From an uncultured Planctomycetia bacterium (GTDB lineage: Bacteria > Planctomycetota > Planctomycetia > Pirellulales > PALSA-1355), in assembly GCA_963801675.1 (NCBI GenBank), contig CAWDFN010000001.1, forward strand, positions 3,862,884 through 3,926,883: a stretch of DNA of 64,000 nt. The letters run 5' to 3'. A program made the translations under genes and the position numbers. Below the pieces are notes generated by a model, which did not search any database, had not been told where the DNA came from, and worked only from the letters and a program-made list of their open reading frames with translations. Every line of letters starts with the position of its first letter. Positions within the stretch are counted from its first letter, which is position 1. Shown here piece after piece: positions 9,604-19,038 of this stretch.

Positions 9604-12297
9604 ATGGAATTCAGGAAGGTTCTCGCGTTGCGTGGCCCCAACATCTGGGCGAATTTCCCGGTGCTGGAAGCCTGGGTCGATCTGAAGGAGTTGAAGGACA
9701 GCCCGTCGGACCAGATCGCCGGCTTCAACGAACGGCTGATGGCCTGGCTGCCCAGTCTGATCGAGCACCGCTGCAGCGTCGGCGAGCGAGGCGGCTTCTT
9801 CGAGCGCCTGCGGCGCGGCACCTATCCGGCCCACATCCTGGAACACGTCACGCTCGAGCTGCAAACGCCTGGCCGGCACGCCGGTCGGCTTCGGCCGCGC
9901 CCGCGAGACCTCCGAAGCGGGCGTCTACAAAGTCGTCGTCGAATACAAGGAAGAGGAACTGGCGCGGGCCTGCCTGGCGACGGCTCGCGAGCTGTGCCTG
10001 GCCGCCATCTACGATCGGCCGTTCGACGTGACCGCCGAAGTCAAGAAGCTCGACGACCTGGCCCACGAGGTCTGCCTGGGCCCGAGCACCGGCGCGATCG
10101 TCCGCGCCGCCGAAGCGCGCGGCATTCCCGTCCGCCGGCTCAACGACCGACAGCCTCGTGCAGTTCGGCCACGGCGCCAGGCAGCGCCGCATCCTGACCG
10201 CCGAGACCGATCGCACCGGCGCCATCGCCGAATCGATCGCCCAGGACAAAGAGCTGACCCGCAGCCTGCTGCGCCAGGTCGGCGTGCCGGTTCCCCGGGC
10301 CGGCCGGTGACCGACGCCGAAGACGCCTGGGAAGCCGCCCAGGAGATCGGCGTGCCGGTGGTCGTCAAGCCGCAGTACGGCAACCAAGGCCGCGGCGTGA
10401 CCACGAACCTGACCACGCGCGAGCAGGTCGTGGCCGCCTACGCCGCGGCGCAGGAAGAAGGCTCGAGCATCATGGTCGAGAAGTTCGCCCCCGGCGCCGA
10501 TTATCGCCTGCTGGTGATCGGCGGCCGCATGGTGGCCGCCGCTCGCCGCGAGCCGGCCCACGTGATCGGCGACGGGCACTCGACGGTTCGCGAGCTGGTC
10601 GACGACGTCAACCGCGATCCGCGCCGCAGCGACGATCACGCCACGGTGCTGAGCAAGATCAGGCTCGACCCGATCGCCCTGACCGTGCTTGACCGAGCAG
10701 GGCTTCACGCCCGACTCGGTTCCGCCGGCCGGCACGCGCGTGCTGATCCGCCGCAACGCCAACTTGAGCACCGGCGGCACGGCGACCGACGTGACCGACC
10801 GGGTCCATCCGGAAGTCGCCGCCCGCTGCGTCGACGCGGCCCGCATGATCGGCCTCGACATCGCCGGCGTCGACGTCGTGGCCAGCGACATCTCGCCGCC
10901 GCTGGAGAGCCAGGGCGGCGTGATCGTCGAAGTCAACGCCGGCCCCGGCTTGCGGATGCACTTGGAGCCCTCCTCGGGCAAGCCGCGACCGGTCGGCGAG
11001 GCGATCGTCGAGACGCTGTTCCCCGATGGCCAGAACGGCCGCATCCCGATCGTGGCCGTCACCGGCGTCAACGGCAAGACGACCACCACGCGCTTCATCG
11101 CCCACATCCTGCGGTCGCTGGGCCGCAAGGTGGGCATGACCTGCACCGACGGCATCTTCATCGACTGCGCGCCGCATCGAAGCCGGCGATTGCAGCGGAC
11201 CCCTGAGCGCGCAAGCCGTGCTGATGAATCCCGCGGTCGAGGTGGCCGTGCTCGAGACCGCCCGCGGCGGCATCCTGCGCGCCGGGCTTGGCTTCGACCG
11301 CTGCGACGTGGCCGTGGTGACCAACATCGGCGAAGGCGATCACCTGGGCCTTTCGGACATCGAAACGCTCGAGAAGCTGGCCAAGGTCAAGCGGACCATC
11401 GTCGACGCGCTGTCGCTGCAACGGCACGGCCGTGCTCAAGGCCAACGATCCGCTGGTGGCCGCCATGGCTCGCGACTGCAAGGCCTCGGTCATCTTCTTC
11501 GCCCAACGCGGCGATGACCCGGTCATCGTGGCACACCGCCGCCGGGCGGCCGCGCGGTCTTCGTGCGGCACGACACGGTGATCGTCGCCGAAGGCGACGT
11601 GGAAATCCCGCTGGTCTCGCTCGAGAACGTGCCGCTGACGCACGGCGGCCGGATCGCCTTCCAGGTCGAAAACGCGCTGGCTTCGGCCGCCGCCGCCTGG
11701 GCGCTGGGCATTCCGCGCGACGCGATTCGCGCCGGTCTGGAATCGTTCGCCGCCGACCTGGAAAAAGTGCCCGGCCGGTTCAACCTGCTGGAAATCGACG
11801 GCGCCACCGTGATCGTCGACTACGGCCACAACGCATCGGCCCTGTCGGCCCTGATCGAAGCCATCGAGCAATTCCCGCACGAGCGCCGCACGGTCGTCTA
11901 CTCGGCCGCCGGCGACCGCCGCGACAGCGACATGGTCCGCCAGGGCGAATTGCTGGGCGACGCCTTCGATCGCGTGCTGCTGTACGAAGACCACTACCTG
12001 CGCGGCCGGGCCGAGGGCGAGATCATGACCTTGTTCCGCCAGGGCCTGTCCGACGGCGAACGGGTGGCCGACATCCAGGAGTTCCGCGGCAACATTCGGG
12101 CCATCGAAAGCGCCCTGCGCCACGTGCGCTCCGGCGAGCTGCTGGTCGTGCAAGCCGACAAGATCGACGAGACGATGGACTTTCTGCACAAGTTCCTGGC
12201 CGCCAGCGGCAACGGGCACGAAATCGACCTGCTGGAAGCCATCGACGTGTCCACGTCCGACGCGGCCGTGTACTATGCCACGCAGATTGTCGATTAA
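9604..12297 (+). pseudogene. cphA: cyanophycin synthetase, multiply frameshifted as sequenced
   Basis: N-terminus MEFRKVLALRGPNIWANFPVLEAWVDLKELKD...HILEHVTLELQT (9604 frame). Next pieces are AEVKKLDDLAHEVCLGPSTGAIVRAAEARGIPVRRLND (10028 frame) and the ATP-grasp part VVVKPQYGNQGRGV...LLVIGGRMVAAARREPAHVIGDG. The Mur-ligase part is IPIVAVTGVNGKTTTTRFIAHIL (10689 frame). The C-terminal 244 aa lie in ORF 11563..12297. At least five indels. Confidence 0.9.
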
Positions 12298-12314
12298 GAA
12301 CCGCTTCGCGGTCG

Positions 12315-15002
12315 CTACGGTTTGTTGGCGGTGGCGGTTTCGGCGGCCGATTGTTTGGCCTTCAGTTCTTCCACGCGCTTTACGCACCGGCGGTGGAGTT
12401 CTTTGAGTCGCTTGTTGACGTTGGATCGGGCGACTCGTGGCTCCAGAATTCTAATGGCGGTCTCATAGGACTGGATGGCGGCGTCCACGTCGTCCGCGGC
12501 AGCCTGTTGGAATCCCAGAAAGACGTGGCAGCCGGCCCAATCGAGATCGTCGGTCGTGTTCATTCTTCCCCGCCGAGACGCGGCGTCAAACGCGGCGATG
12601 CCGTCGACGAGCGCCACTCGAGCTACGTCGTGGCGTCTGACGGTCATGGCCAGTTCGCCTTCGTCGAAACAGGCGTGTCCCAGCAGCTTCAAGTTTTGAT
12701 CCGACATGCCGGCATCGAGATTCTTGGCTCGCTGCCAGGCCTGGCGGCATTTCGCGAATGCATCCAATGCCTGCTGGGATTGCGTGAGCGCGATTTGCAC
12801 GCTGGCAAGCAGTCGGAACGTCTGGGCGAGATCCACGTGCATGGCCGGGTCGTCCGGCCGTTCGGTGCACAGATTGGTGAAGAGCATCACGGCCGCATCA
12901 ACGGCCGGGAGTGCGTCGGCAGGACTGTCTTGCTGGCGGTAAATGGACCCCACCGCGCGAAGCGTCATCGCCAACTCAAAGCGGTAGCGCCACATGTCCG
13001 GAGCCGCTTGCACGGCTTTTCCCAACGATTCGCGTGCGCGCGTCAACGATTCGAGCGCCAACGGTCCTCCTCGGTGACGTTCATGGTGGATGCCGATCAG
13101 CCTGCAAAACTGGCCGACGAAAAAATGCCAGCGCGGGTCGTGGGGTTTACGACGCAGCAGTTCCTCGGATGCGATCAAACCCAATTGATAGACACCCCAC
13201 GAGTCATGGAACCGGGTCGCCCCGTCCAGGGCGTCGCCGAATTCGAGCGTCAGCTGCACGAAATCGAACAACGACGCGTGTGGCCGTGGATCATCATCGG
13301 CGACCGACCTCAAGAACGCGCGCGGCGGTTCGAGCGAATCCTCGCTGCGGGGCGTTGGTTGCGAGTCGAGCAAGAATCGACAGTAATTCAGCAGGCACAG
13401 CGACGCCGCGCGTCGATAGCCTGGATGGTCCGCGTGCCGATTGACAATCTCGCGCCACAGTTCCAGGCTGCGGCGATAATTCTCGTCGGCGGAACTTGAA
13501 TCTTCGGATGCAGCCGCGTTGCGTGCGGCGAACGAATAGACCGCGGCCATCAAGGGAGCAGGCGCAGCGTCGGTATCGCGTTGCGCGGCTACCGAGCGGT
13601 GGTATTCGTCGAGCTTGGCGTGGAGCGCGCCCAGAACCGATTTGTTCCGCGTGTCCCACAACGTGCTTTCTTCGACAAGCCACGCGAGGTCCAACAGCGT
13701 GTCTTCGGCTTGCCCCAGGTTTTCCTCGGCCCTGGCGGCTTCCGCCCGCGCCTCAACCAGGTTCTGCTCGGCCCGCAACCACTGCCACGTCGCGGCGCTG
13801 CTGCCCAGCGCGACGGCCGCGATGAGGCCTAGCGCGAGGGCGGCGACCATCGGCCGCCGGCGGCACCAGCGGACCCATCGTTCGCCACTGCCGAGGGCGC
13901 GGGCCGACACCGGCTCGCCGGCCAGAAAACGCCGTAGATCGTCGGCCAATTCTCCGGCCGACGGATACCGGCCCGCCTGTTCCTTTTCCAGGCATTTCAG
14001 CACGATCGTTTCCAAGTCGCGCGGCACGCTTCGTGCCCGCAGGGCCGACGGGGCCAACTCGTGCTCGGCAATCAGGTGCAGCGTTTCGCTGTCGGTGTGG
14101 CCGACAAAAGGCGGCTGGCCGGCGAGCAGCTCGAACAGGACGACTCCCAGGCCGTAGACGTCGGTCTGCACGCCGACCTCGCGGTCGTTGCCGGCGGCCT
14201 GCTCGGGCGCCATGTAGCGGGGCGTGCCCAGGATGGTCCCGCGCAGGGTCTCTTCGCCCGCGTCGTCCAATCGCTTGGCCAGTCCGAAGTCGGTGAGCCG
14301 CGGAACGAACGCCCACTGGCCGGGCCGAGACGCGCCGGCCGGTTCTAATAGTACGTTTGATGGCTTGATATCGCGATGCAAAATACCCCGGCTGTGCGCG
14401 TGTTGCACCGCGCCGGCGAGTTGGGCGACGATTTCGGCGGCTGTTCTGGCGGCGATCGGCGCAGGCTGCTCGCTGAGCCAGCGGGCCAGCGTCGGCCCTT
14501 TGCAAAAGCCGCTCAGGATGTAGCCGACCGGACCGATCTCGCCCGTTTCGTAGATGGGGACGATGCCCGGATGATCCAACACGGCGGCCGACTGGGCTTC
14601 GCGCAAGAACCGCTGGCGCAACGGGGGCGACACCAGGATTTCCGGGCGCGGAATTTTCAGCGCGGCTTCGCGATTCAAGCGTGGATCGAAGACCAGAAAC
14701 ACGACTCCGAAGCCGCCGTGCCCCAAAGCGCGACGAACTTCGAAGCGACCGAGACGTCCCTCCGCAAACCCTGTCCCATCCCGGCCGGCGACGAGCTGAG
14801 TCGAGTCGGAGAGGGCAGGGTGAGGGGGCGGAGGTTCACGCGCGGCGCCCATTGGAATACCGTTCGCCGAACTTTCATTGCGCGAGGCTCCTTCGTCCGC
14901 GGGCCAGTATCGACTCAGCAGGTCCGCGGCCTGGTCGATGGCACGCTCCGCCGATTCGCTCGACAGTTCGCCGCTGGCCGATTGATCGGCAGCCGCGGCC
15001 AT
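12315..15002 (-). CDS. Ser/Thr protein kinase with TM segment and C-terminal TPR-like repeats
   Basis: Uninterrupted 895-aa ORF. Kinase motifs GHGGFGVVF, AALKIPR, HRDIKPSNVLL, LTDFGLAK and GTPRYMAPE. A TM helix MVAALALGLIAAVALG is followed by about 500 aa of helical repeats. Confidence 0.9.
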   Translation of the reverse strand: MAAAADQSASGELSSESAERAIDQAADLLSRYWPADEGASRNESSANGIPMGAAREPPPPHPALSDSTQLVAGRDGTGFAEGRLGRFEVRRALGHGGFGVVFLVFDPRLNREAALKIPRPEILVSPPLRQRFLREAQSAAVLDHPGIVPIYETGEIGPVGYILSGFCKGPTLARWLSEQPAPIAARTAAEIVAQLAGAVQHAHSRGILHRDIKPSNVLLEPAGASRPGQWAFVPRLTDFGLAKRLDDAGEETLRGTILGTPRYMAPEQAAGNDREVGVQTDVYGLGVVLFELLAGQPPFVGHTDSETLHLIAEHELAPSALRARSVPRDLETIVLKCLEKEQAGRYPSAGELADDLRRFLAGEPVSARALGSGERWVRWCRRRPMVAALALGLIAAVALGSSAATWQWLRAEQNLVEARAEAARAEENLGQAEDTLLDLAWLVEESTLWDTRNKSVLGALHAKLDEYHRSVAAQRDTDAAPAPLMAAVYSFAARNAAASEDSSSADENYRRSLELWREIVNRHADHPGYRRAASLCLLNYCRFLLDSQPTPRSEDSLEPPRAFLRSVADDDPRPHASLFDFVQLTLEFGDALDGATRFHDSWGVYQLGLIASEELLRRKPHDPRWHFFVGQFCRLIGIHHERHRGGPLALESLTRARESLGKAVQAAPDMWRYRFELAMTLRAVGSIYRQQDSPADALPAVDAAVMLFTNLCTERPDDPAMHVDLAQTFRLLASVQIALTQSQQALDAFAKCRQAWQRAKNLDAGMSDQNLKLLGHACFDEGELAMTVRRHDVARVALVDGIAAFDAASRRGRMNTTDDLDWAGCHVFLGFQQAAADDVDAAIQSYETAIRILEPRVARSNVNKRLKELHRRCVKRVEELKAKQSAAETATANKP

Positions 15003-15071
15003 TTCGCGCGCAGCCAGCCCGACAGGGCTTCGGCCGCCTTGCGCCGCTCGTCTTGCGGTGCCGAATCGTCG

Positions 15072-15704
15072 TCAGCCATTGCGCTCTCCCAGGTCGCGCC
15101 GCAACCGCAGCAGCGCCCGCTTCCACAGCATTCGCACCGCGTCGGGCGAGCGGTCGATCAATGCGCCGATGTCGGCAAACGAACGGCGCTCCTGATTGCG
15201 CATGATAATCACTTGTCGATACGCGGGCGAAAGCTGTTCGAGGGCTCTTTCGATCCGCGCCCTCTCCTCGCGCGAGATGGCCACGGAACTGGGCGACTGG
15301 CCGTCGCGGGCCATCAGCTCTTTCAAGAACTCCTTCGACTCGGTGACCGCGATTGGCCGCTCGCGCCGCACCTGGCGCTTGGCCGTCTTCAGGTAACGCT
15401 TGCGCAAGTCGGCCAAATTGTTCATCAAGATCGCGTACAGCCAGCCGCGCAGCTCGGCCTCGGTGTGGGATTTGAAATTGTGGAAGCCGCGCTGCGCGTC
15501 GACGAACGTTTCTTGGACGACGTCCGAAGGCCCGGCCTTGGCCTTCAAGTCCGAATCGAATTCTTCGGTGGCGATCGCCAGGAGAAAGGGGCGATAGGCA
15601 TTCAAGAGTTGCCCCATGGCGCCGTCAGAGCCGGCCCTCGCGGCAGCGATCAGCCGGCCGGCGCGCCGGGTCGGAATGGGGCGTTTCTTGGGTTGCCGGG
15701 CCAT
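15072..15704 (-). CDS. ECF-type RNA polymerase sigma-70 family factor
   Basis: From ATG 15704: MARQPKKRP... Region 2-like FLLAIATEEFDSDLKAKAGPSDVVQETFVDAQRGFHNF...WLYAILMNNLADLRKRY. Region 4 SPAYRQVIIMRNQERRSFADIGALIDRSPDAVRMLWKRALLRLR. It lies 70 nt upstream of the kinase gene on the same strand. Confidence 0.85.
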   Translation of the reverse strand: MARQPKKRPIPTRRAGRLIAAARAGSDGAMGQLLNAYRPFLLAIATEEFDSDLKAKAGPSDVVQETFVDAQRGFHNFKSHTEAELRGWLYAILMNNLADLRKRYLKTAKRQVRRERPIAVTESKEFLKELMARDGQSPSSVAISREERARIERALEQLSPAYRQVIIMRNQERRSFADIGALIDRSPDAVRMLWKRALLRLRRDLGERNG

Positions 15705-15983
15705 CGTTATTAACGCGGGCGTCGAGCCGCCGCCATCTTCGCAGTTCGTGTCGAGACAAGGATTTACGAGCCAGCGGTGAGAATAGCTCACCAACGGGGG
15801 GCGGGCAATCGCCGTAAAAAAACTTTTGAATCGACGGAAATCTGCGTTCGGTTGGTGCCAATTCGTCGTTTCTTGGGTACAGGGGCCAAGGCGCGGCCCT
15901 AACGGGAAGAGCTAGGTTTCTCAGATTTGGCGCCCGAAGAGTGAGTGAAATAGACGTCTGTCGCTTAAGTACGGGGGGGACTA

Positions 15984-16898
15984 ATGAAAATCTCCGAAGT
16001 TCGCTGCTTTGCCATGCCAACCGTGTTGTGCCTGATCATGGCCGCGCACGCGGTGGGTGCAACGTTCTCGTATCAGGAAAACTTCAACAGCCTGTCGGTT
16101 GGACACACGCAGCCTTTCCCTGGTGCGCCGGGGCAGGGGGGCTGGTTCAATGCGTCTGCCCAGGGAAGCGCCTTCGGAGAGATTCAGTCCACTGTGGCCA
16201 ATACCGGCCGGGCGCTGCACGAATTCACGGCAACGACGAACCCGAACGGGCAACAAACGATCGATAAACGGAACTTCTCGACGGTCGACGTGAATGGTCT
16301 TCCGCTGGTTACGCTGAGCCTTGACTTCTACGCTCACACCAGCAACCTCAATGCAGTCAATAGCTTCATCGCGGACATGACGGCACTGGGTGGGCCCGGG
16401 GGACCGTTCAACGTCATCGAGATCGGCCTCGGCGGAGGAAACGGCACACCCAAATCGACAACCGGCGTGAGCGTCACTTTGGCGGCATTCGACGGAGTGA
16501 TCAACAATGGCCCGATTCCGCTCTCGGTCGGCCAGCACCTGGCGTTCGACACGTGGCACAGCGTGTCGGTAACGCTCGATCAGGTTCTCGATCGATACGT
16601 TTCGATCACCGTGGATAGCAATACCCAGAACCTATCTGCCTTCATTCCCCGCCGCGATTTTCCCGGTGGAATTCCAACCCGTGGACACTTGATTGACCAC
16701 CTCTCCGCTCAAGTCATTCCCACCGACGTTGGCGGCGTGCAAACCGATGACGACATTTATTGGGACAACATTTCGCTGACAGCGGTGCCCGAGCCGTCGA
16801 CCTGGGCACTGACGCTGACGGGGATCGCATCGGCCGCGATAGTGTGTAAGCGGCGAAAGTTTTTCTCAAGGAACCGTGATTTGGTTTCGGACCGCTAA
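15984..16898 (+). CDS. PEP-CTERM sorting-domain protein
   Basis: 304-aa ORF with signal peptide MKISEVRCFAMPTVLCLIMAAHAVGA. C-terminal AVPEPSTWALTLTGIASAAIVCKRRK. Confidence 0.85.
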   Translation: MKISEVRCFAMPTVLCLIMAAHAVGATFSYQENFNSLSVGHTQPFPGAPGQGGWFNASAQGSAFGEIQSTVANTGRALHEFTATTNPNGQQTIDKRNFSTVDVNGLPLVTLSLDFYAHTSNLNAVNSFIADMTALGGPGGPFNVIEIGLGGGNGTPKSTTGVSVTLAAFDGVINNGPIPLSVGQHLAFDTWHSVSVTLDQVLDRYVSITVDSNTQNLSAFIPRRDFPGGIPTRGHLIDHLSAQVIPTDVGGVQTDDDIYWDNISLTAVPEPSTWALTLTGIASAAIVCKRRKFFSRNRDLVSDR

Positions 16899-17129
16899 TG
16901 CCAAATACGAAGTGACTGAACTCCGAGGTGTACACCAATGCTGGAACCGGTCGTGTCTCGCGTTTCGATTGTCGGCTTGTCAACGACGAGTCGCGCGAAT
17001 GACTCGCTTGCGGCTCGTCGAAAAAGTCGGGCCACTTCACGCGGGACACGCATTGAATCGAGAACCGATCCACGCTCGGCCAATTTGATAAATGTCGGTC
17101 AAATCCGCTCGTACCGAAAGGCGCCGCTC

Positions 17130-18044
17130 ATGAATCTGAGAATTCTACAGTTTGTAGCTGTTGCCGTGATACTTTGGTTGAGCGCGAAGGTCTCAATGGC
17201 CGTTCCGATCACCTGGACTATCGACTCGTCGGTCAGTCAATTGACCATGACGATCCCCAATCAAATCATCAATCTTCCAAATGGCCCGGTCATGTTATAT
17301 ACCCTCAATCAAACCGGTCCCAACACGACTTGGACTGTGGGCAATCATGCTTTTGTTGGTGGTACGATCCCCACGAACTACACCGATGGCAGCTCGATTA
17401 CGTTCTTCCCGGTAGACAGCATTGTTGGCCTGAATTCGGGAAGTTATCGCCCGAATACGGCGGTATACGACCCCAACGCCCTTCCGTTTCCGAAATTTAC
17501 GGATACTTCCCTTGCTCCTGCCGTGTTTGGAATGAAGTTCAATGCTAATTTGGCTTTTGACGTTTCTTACGCCTCGTTTCCCGCCTTGAACTTTGAGATG
17601 GGGAGCCTTCAACTGCCACTCAGCGGCGTTCCCCTGGGAACTCAGACGTTTAATCCTAACGCGATGTCCTTCGGTACGACTGGGCTATTCGCCTATGACG
17701 GAGTTTCCGTGCCTGGTCTGGGCGTAGTCACGCCCGATTTTCTCACGGGTTCGCCCCTATCTGACACGATCAACAGCACGGGATCGGCGGCGGCGATCGT
17801 GGCACCCGATCCGATCGGCCAACCGCTACTGCGGCGGATGACCACTCCGATTCGATATGACACGCATATTGACATGGGTGGAGGCGTCTTTGTTGAGGTG
17901 CTCATAAGCGGCACCATTGTTTCCACCGCCATTGTTCCCGAACCGTCGTCACTGGCGCTCGGCTGCGCGGCTTTCGCAGGACTGGCTCTCTACCTTTGTC
18001 GGCGCTCGCGGCGTTGCGGCTCGTTAACGATCCGTAATCGGTGA
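17130..18044 (+). CDS. PEP-CTERM sorting-domain protein
   Basis: ATG 17130 gives MNLRILQFVAVAVILWLSAKVSMA. C-terminal IVPEPSSLALGCAAFAGLALYLCRRSRR. The track ORF starts further upstream at 16938. Confidence 0.85.
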   Translation: MNLRILQFVAVAVILWLSAKVSMAVPITWTIDSSVSQLTMTIPNQIINLPNGPVMLYTLNQTGPNTTWTVGNHAFVGGTIPTNYTDGSSITFFPVDSIVGLNSGSYRPNTAVYDPNALPFPKFTDTSLAPAVFGMKFNANLAFDVSYASFPALNFEMGSLQLPLSGVPLGTQTFNPNAMSFGTTGLFAYDGVSVPGLGVVTPDFLTGSPLSDTINSTGSAAAIVAPDPIGQPLLRRMTTPIRYDTHIDMGGGVFVEVLISGTIVSTAIVPEPSSLALGCAAFAGLALYLCRRSRRCGSLTIRNR

Positions 18045-18096
18045 ACCACGTTCCAAGCAGCAGTCAATCCCTGAACTGCGCCGACGGAGGAGACTC

Positions 18097-18798
18097 ATGA
18101 AAGCCAAACCGCGGACCAACCACAACGCGCACCGGATGCCGGCGATAGCTTTTCCGCTGGTCTTTGCAGTTGTCAACAGCCTGGTATCGACCACGGCCTA
18201 CGCGCAGACAACCCTATTTGACCCCATCAATGACGCTTCCGGATTTCACGACATCACGTCGATCTCCGGCGGCTACACGCACACCAATATGATCCTGACT
18301 GCAAACTTTCGAGCCGGCACGTTGCACCCAAACAACCTGGGATTCACCATCGGGCTGGACACCGACCTGAACGCGAGCACGGGCACGCAGCCACCGAATT
18401 ATCCTGTGGGACAAGACTTCAGCCTCTTCTTCAACTCACAGACCAGCGCAACGACGGCTTCGCTGAGCGGTATTGTGGGCCCGGCGATACCCGTATCCTT
18501 TTCGACGGATTCTTTCAGCCTATCTATCCCGCTTTCGCGGCTGGGCAACGACGATGGAATTGCCAAATTCTGTTTCCTGGTCGGCAATCCCCTGCCCTCG
18601 GGCGCGATCCAAATCTTTGACTTTGCCCCCGACACTGCCGGCGGTGGCGCGCTGGGAGGACCGACAACCTTCATTCCCGAACCGTCGACGATGGTGCTGG
18701 CGGGTTTGGGGATCGTGGCATTACTGGGTGCCCGGGGGTGGCACCGACAACTCGTTGTCGGTACTGCGCAGCAACAAGAGGCGTTTGAGGGAGATTGA
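18097..18798 (+). CDS. PEP-CTERM sorting-domain protein whose last 20 codons lie inside a repeat element
   Basis: Signal peptide ...AFPLVFAVVNSLVSTTAYA. FIPEPSTMVLAGLGIVALLGAR is followed by GWHRQLVVGTAQQQEAFEGD, encoded by repeat sequence starting at 18737, instead of the usual Arg cluster. Confidence 0.8.
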   Translation: MKAKPRTNHNAHRMPAIAFPLVFAVVNSLVSTTAYAQTTLFDPINDASGFHDITSISGGYTHTNMILTANFRAGTLHPNNLGFTIGLDTDLNASTGTQPPNYPVGQDFSLFFNSQTSATTASLSGIVGPAIPVSFSTDSFSLSIPLSRLGNDDGIAKFCFLVGNPLPSGAIQIFDFAPDTAGGGALGGPTTFIPEPSTMVLAGLGIVALLGARGWHRQLVVGTAQQQEAFEGD

Positions 18799-19001
18799 CG
18801 CAACTCGCAGCGTCCTCTTGTCCCTGCGGGACCCAGACAACGAGTTGAAGCTGTCCGGGAATTCGGGCTCGGAAAACACCGGACGCCGTTGTTCCCCATA
18901 CTAACCCGACGCGCAAGCGAGGGACGCTGGACGAAGGGCCCTCGCTTGCGCGTCGGGTTAGTGTGCGGTAATTCCCGGGCAGCCTCAATGAGTTGTCTGG
19001 G
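18737..19001. repeat. mosaic palindromic (REP/MITE-like) repeat, copy I
   Basis: Small hairpin ACCGACAAC-TCG-TTGTCGGT at 18743-18763. A 170-bp imperfect palindrome spans 18832-19001, with 32-bp arms CCCAGACAACGAGTTGAAGCTGTCCGGGAATT / AATTCCCGGGCAGCCTCAATGAGTTGTCTGGG (27 of 32 complementary). It encloses a perfect 23-bp-arm hairpin CTAACCCGACGCGCAAGCGAGGG-N15-CCCTCGCTTGCGCGTCGGGTTAG at 18901-18961. Confidence 0.85.
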
Positions 19002-19038
19002 CCACTCGAGTGGACAACGCAAGCACACCCATGCGCCC

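Noticed and set aside
10689-13499. 936-aa plus-strand ORF
   Set aside because: Only a short segment matches cphA. The remainder is out-of-frame cphA and then antisense of the Ser/Thr kinase gene, a typical high-GC shadow ORF.
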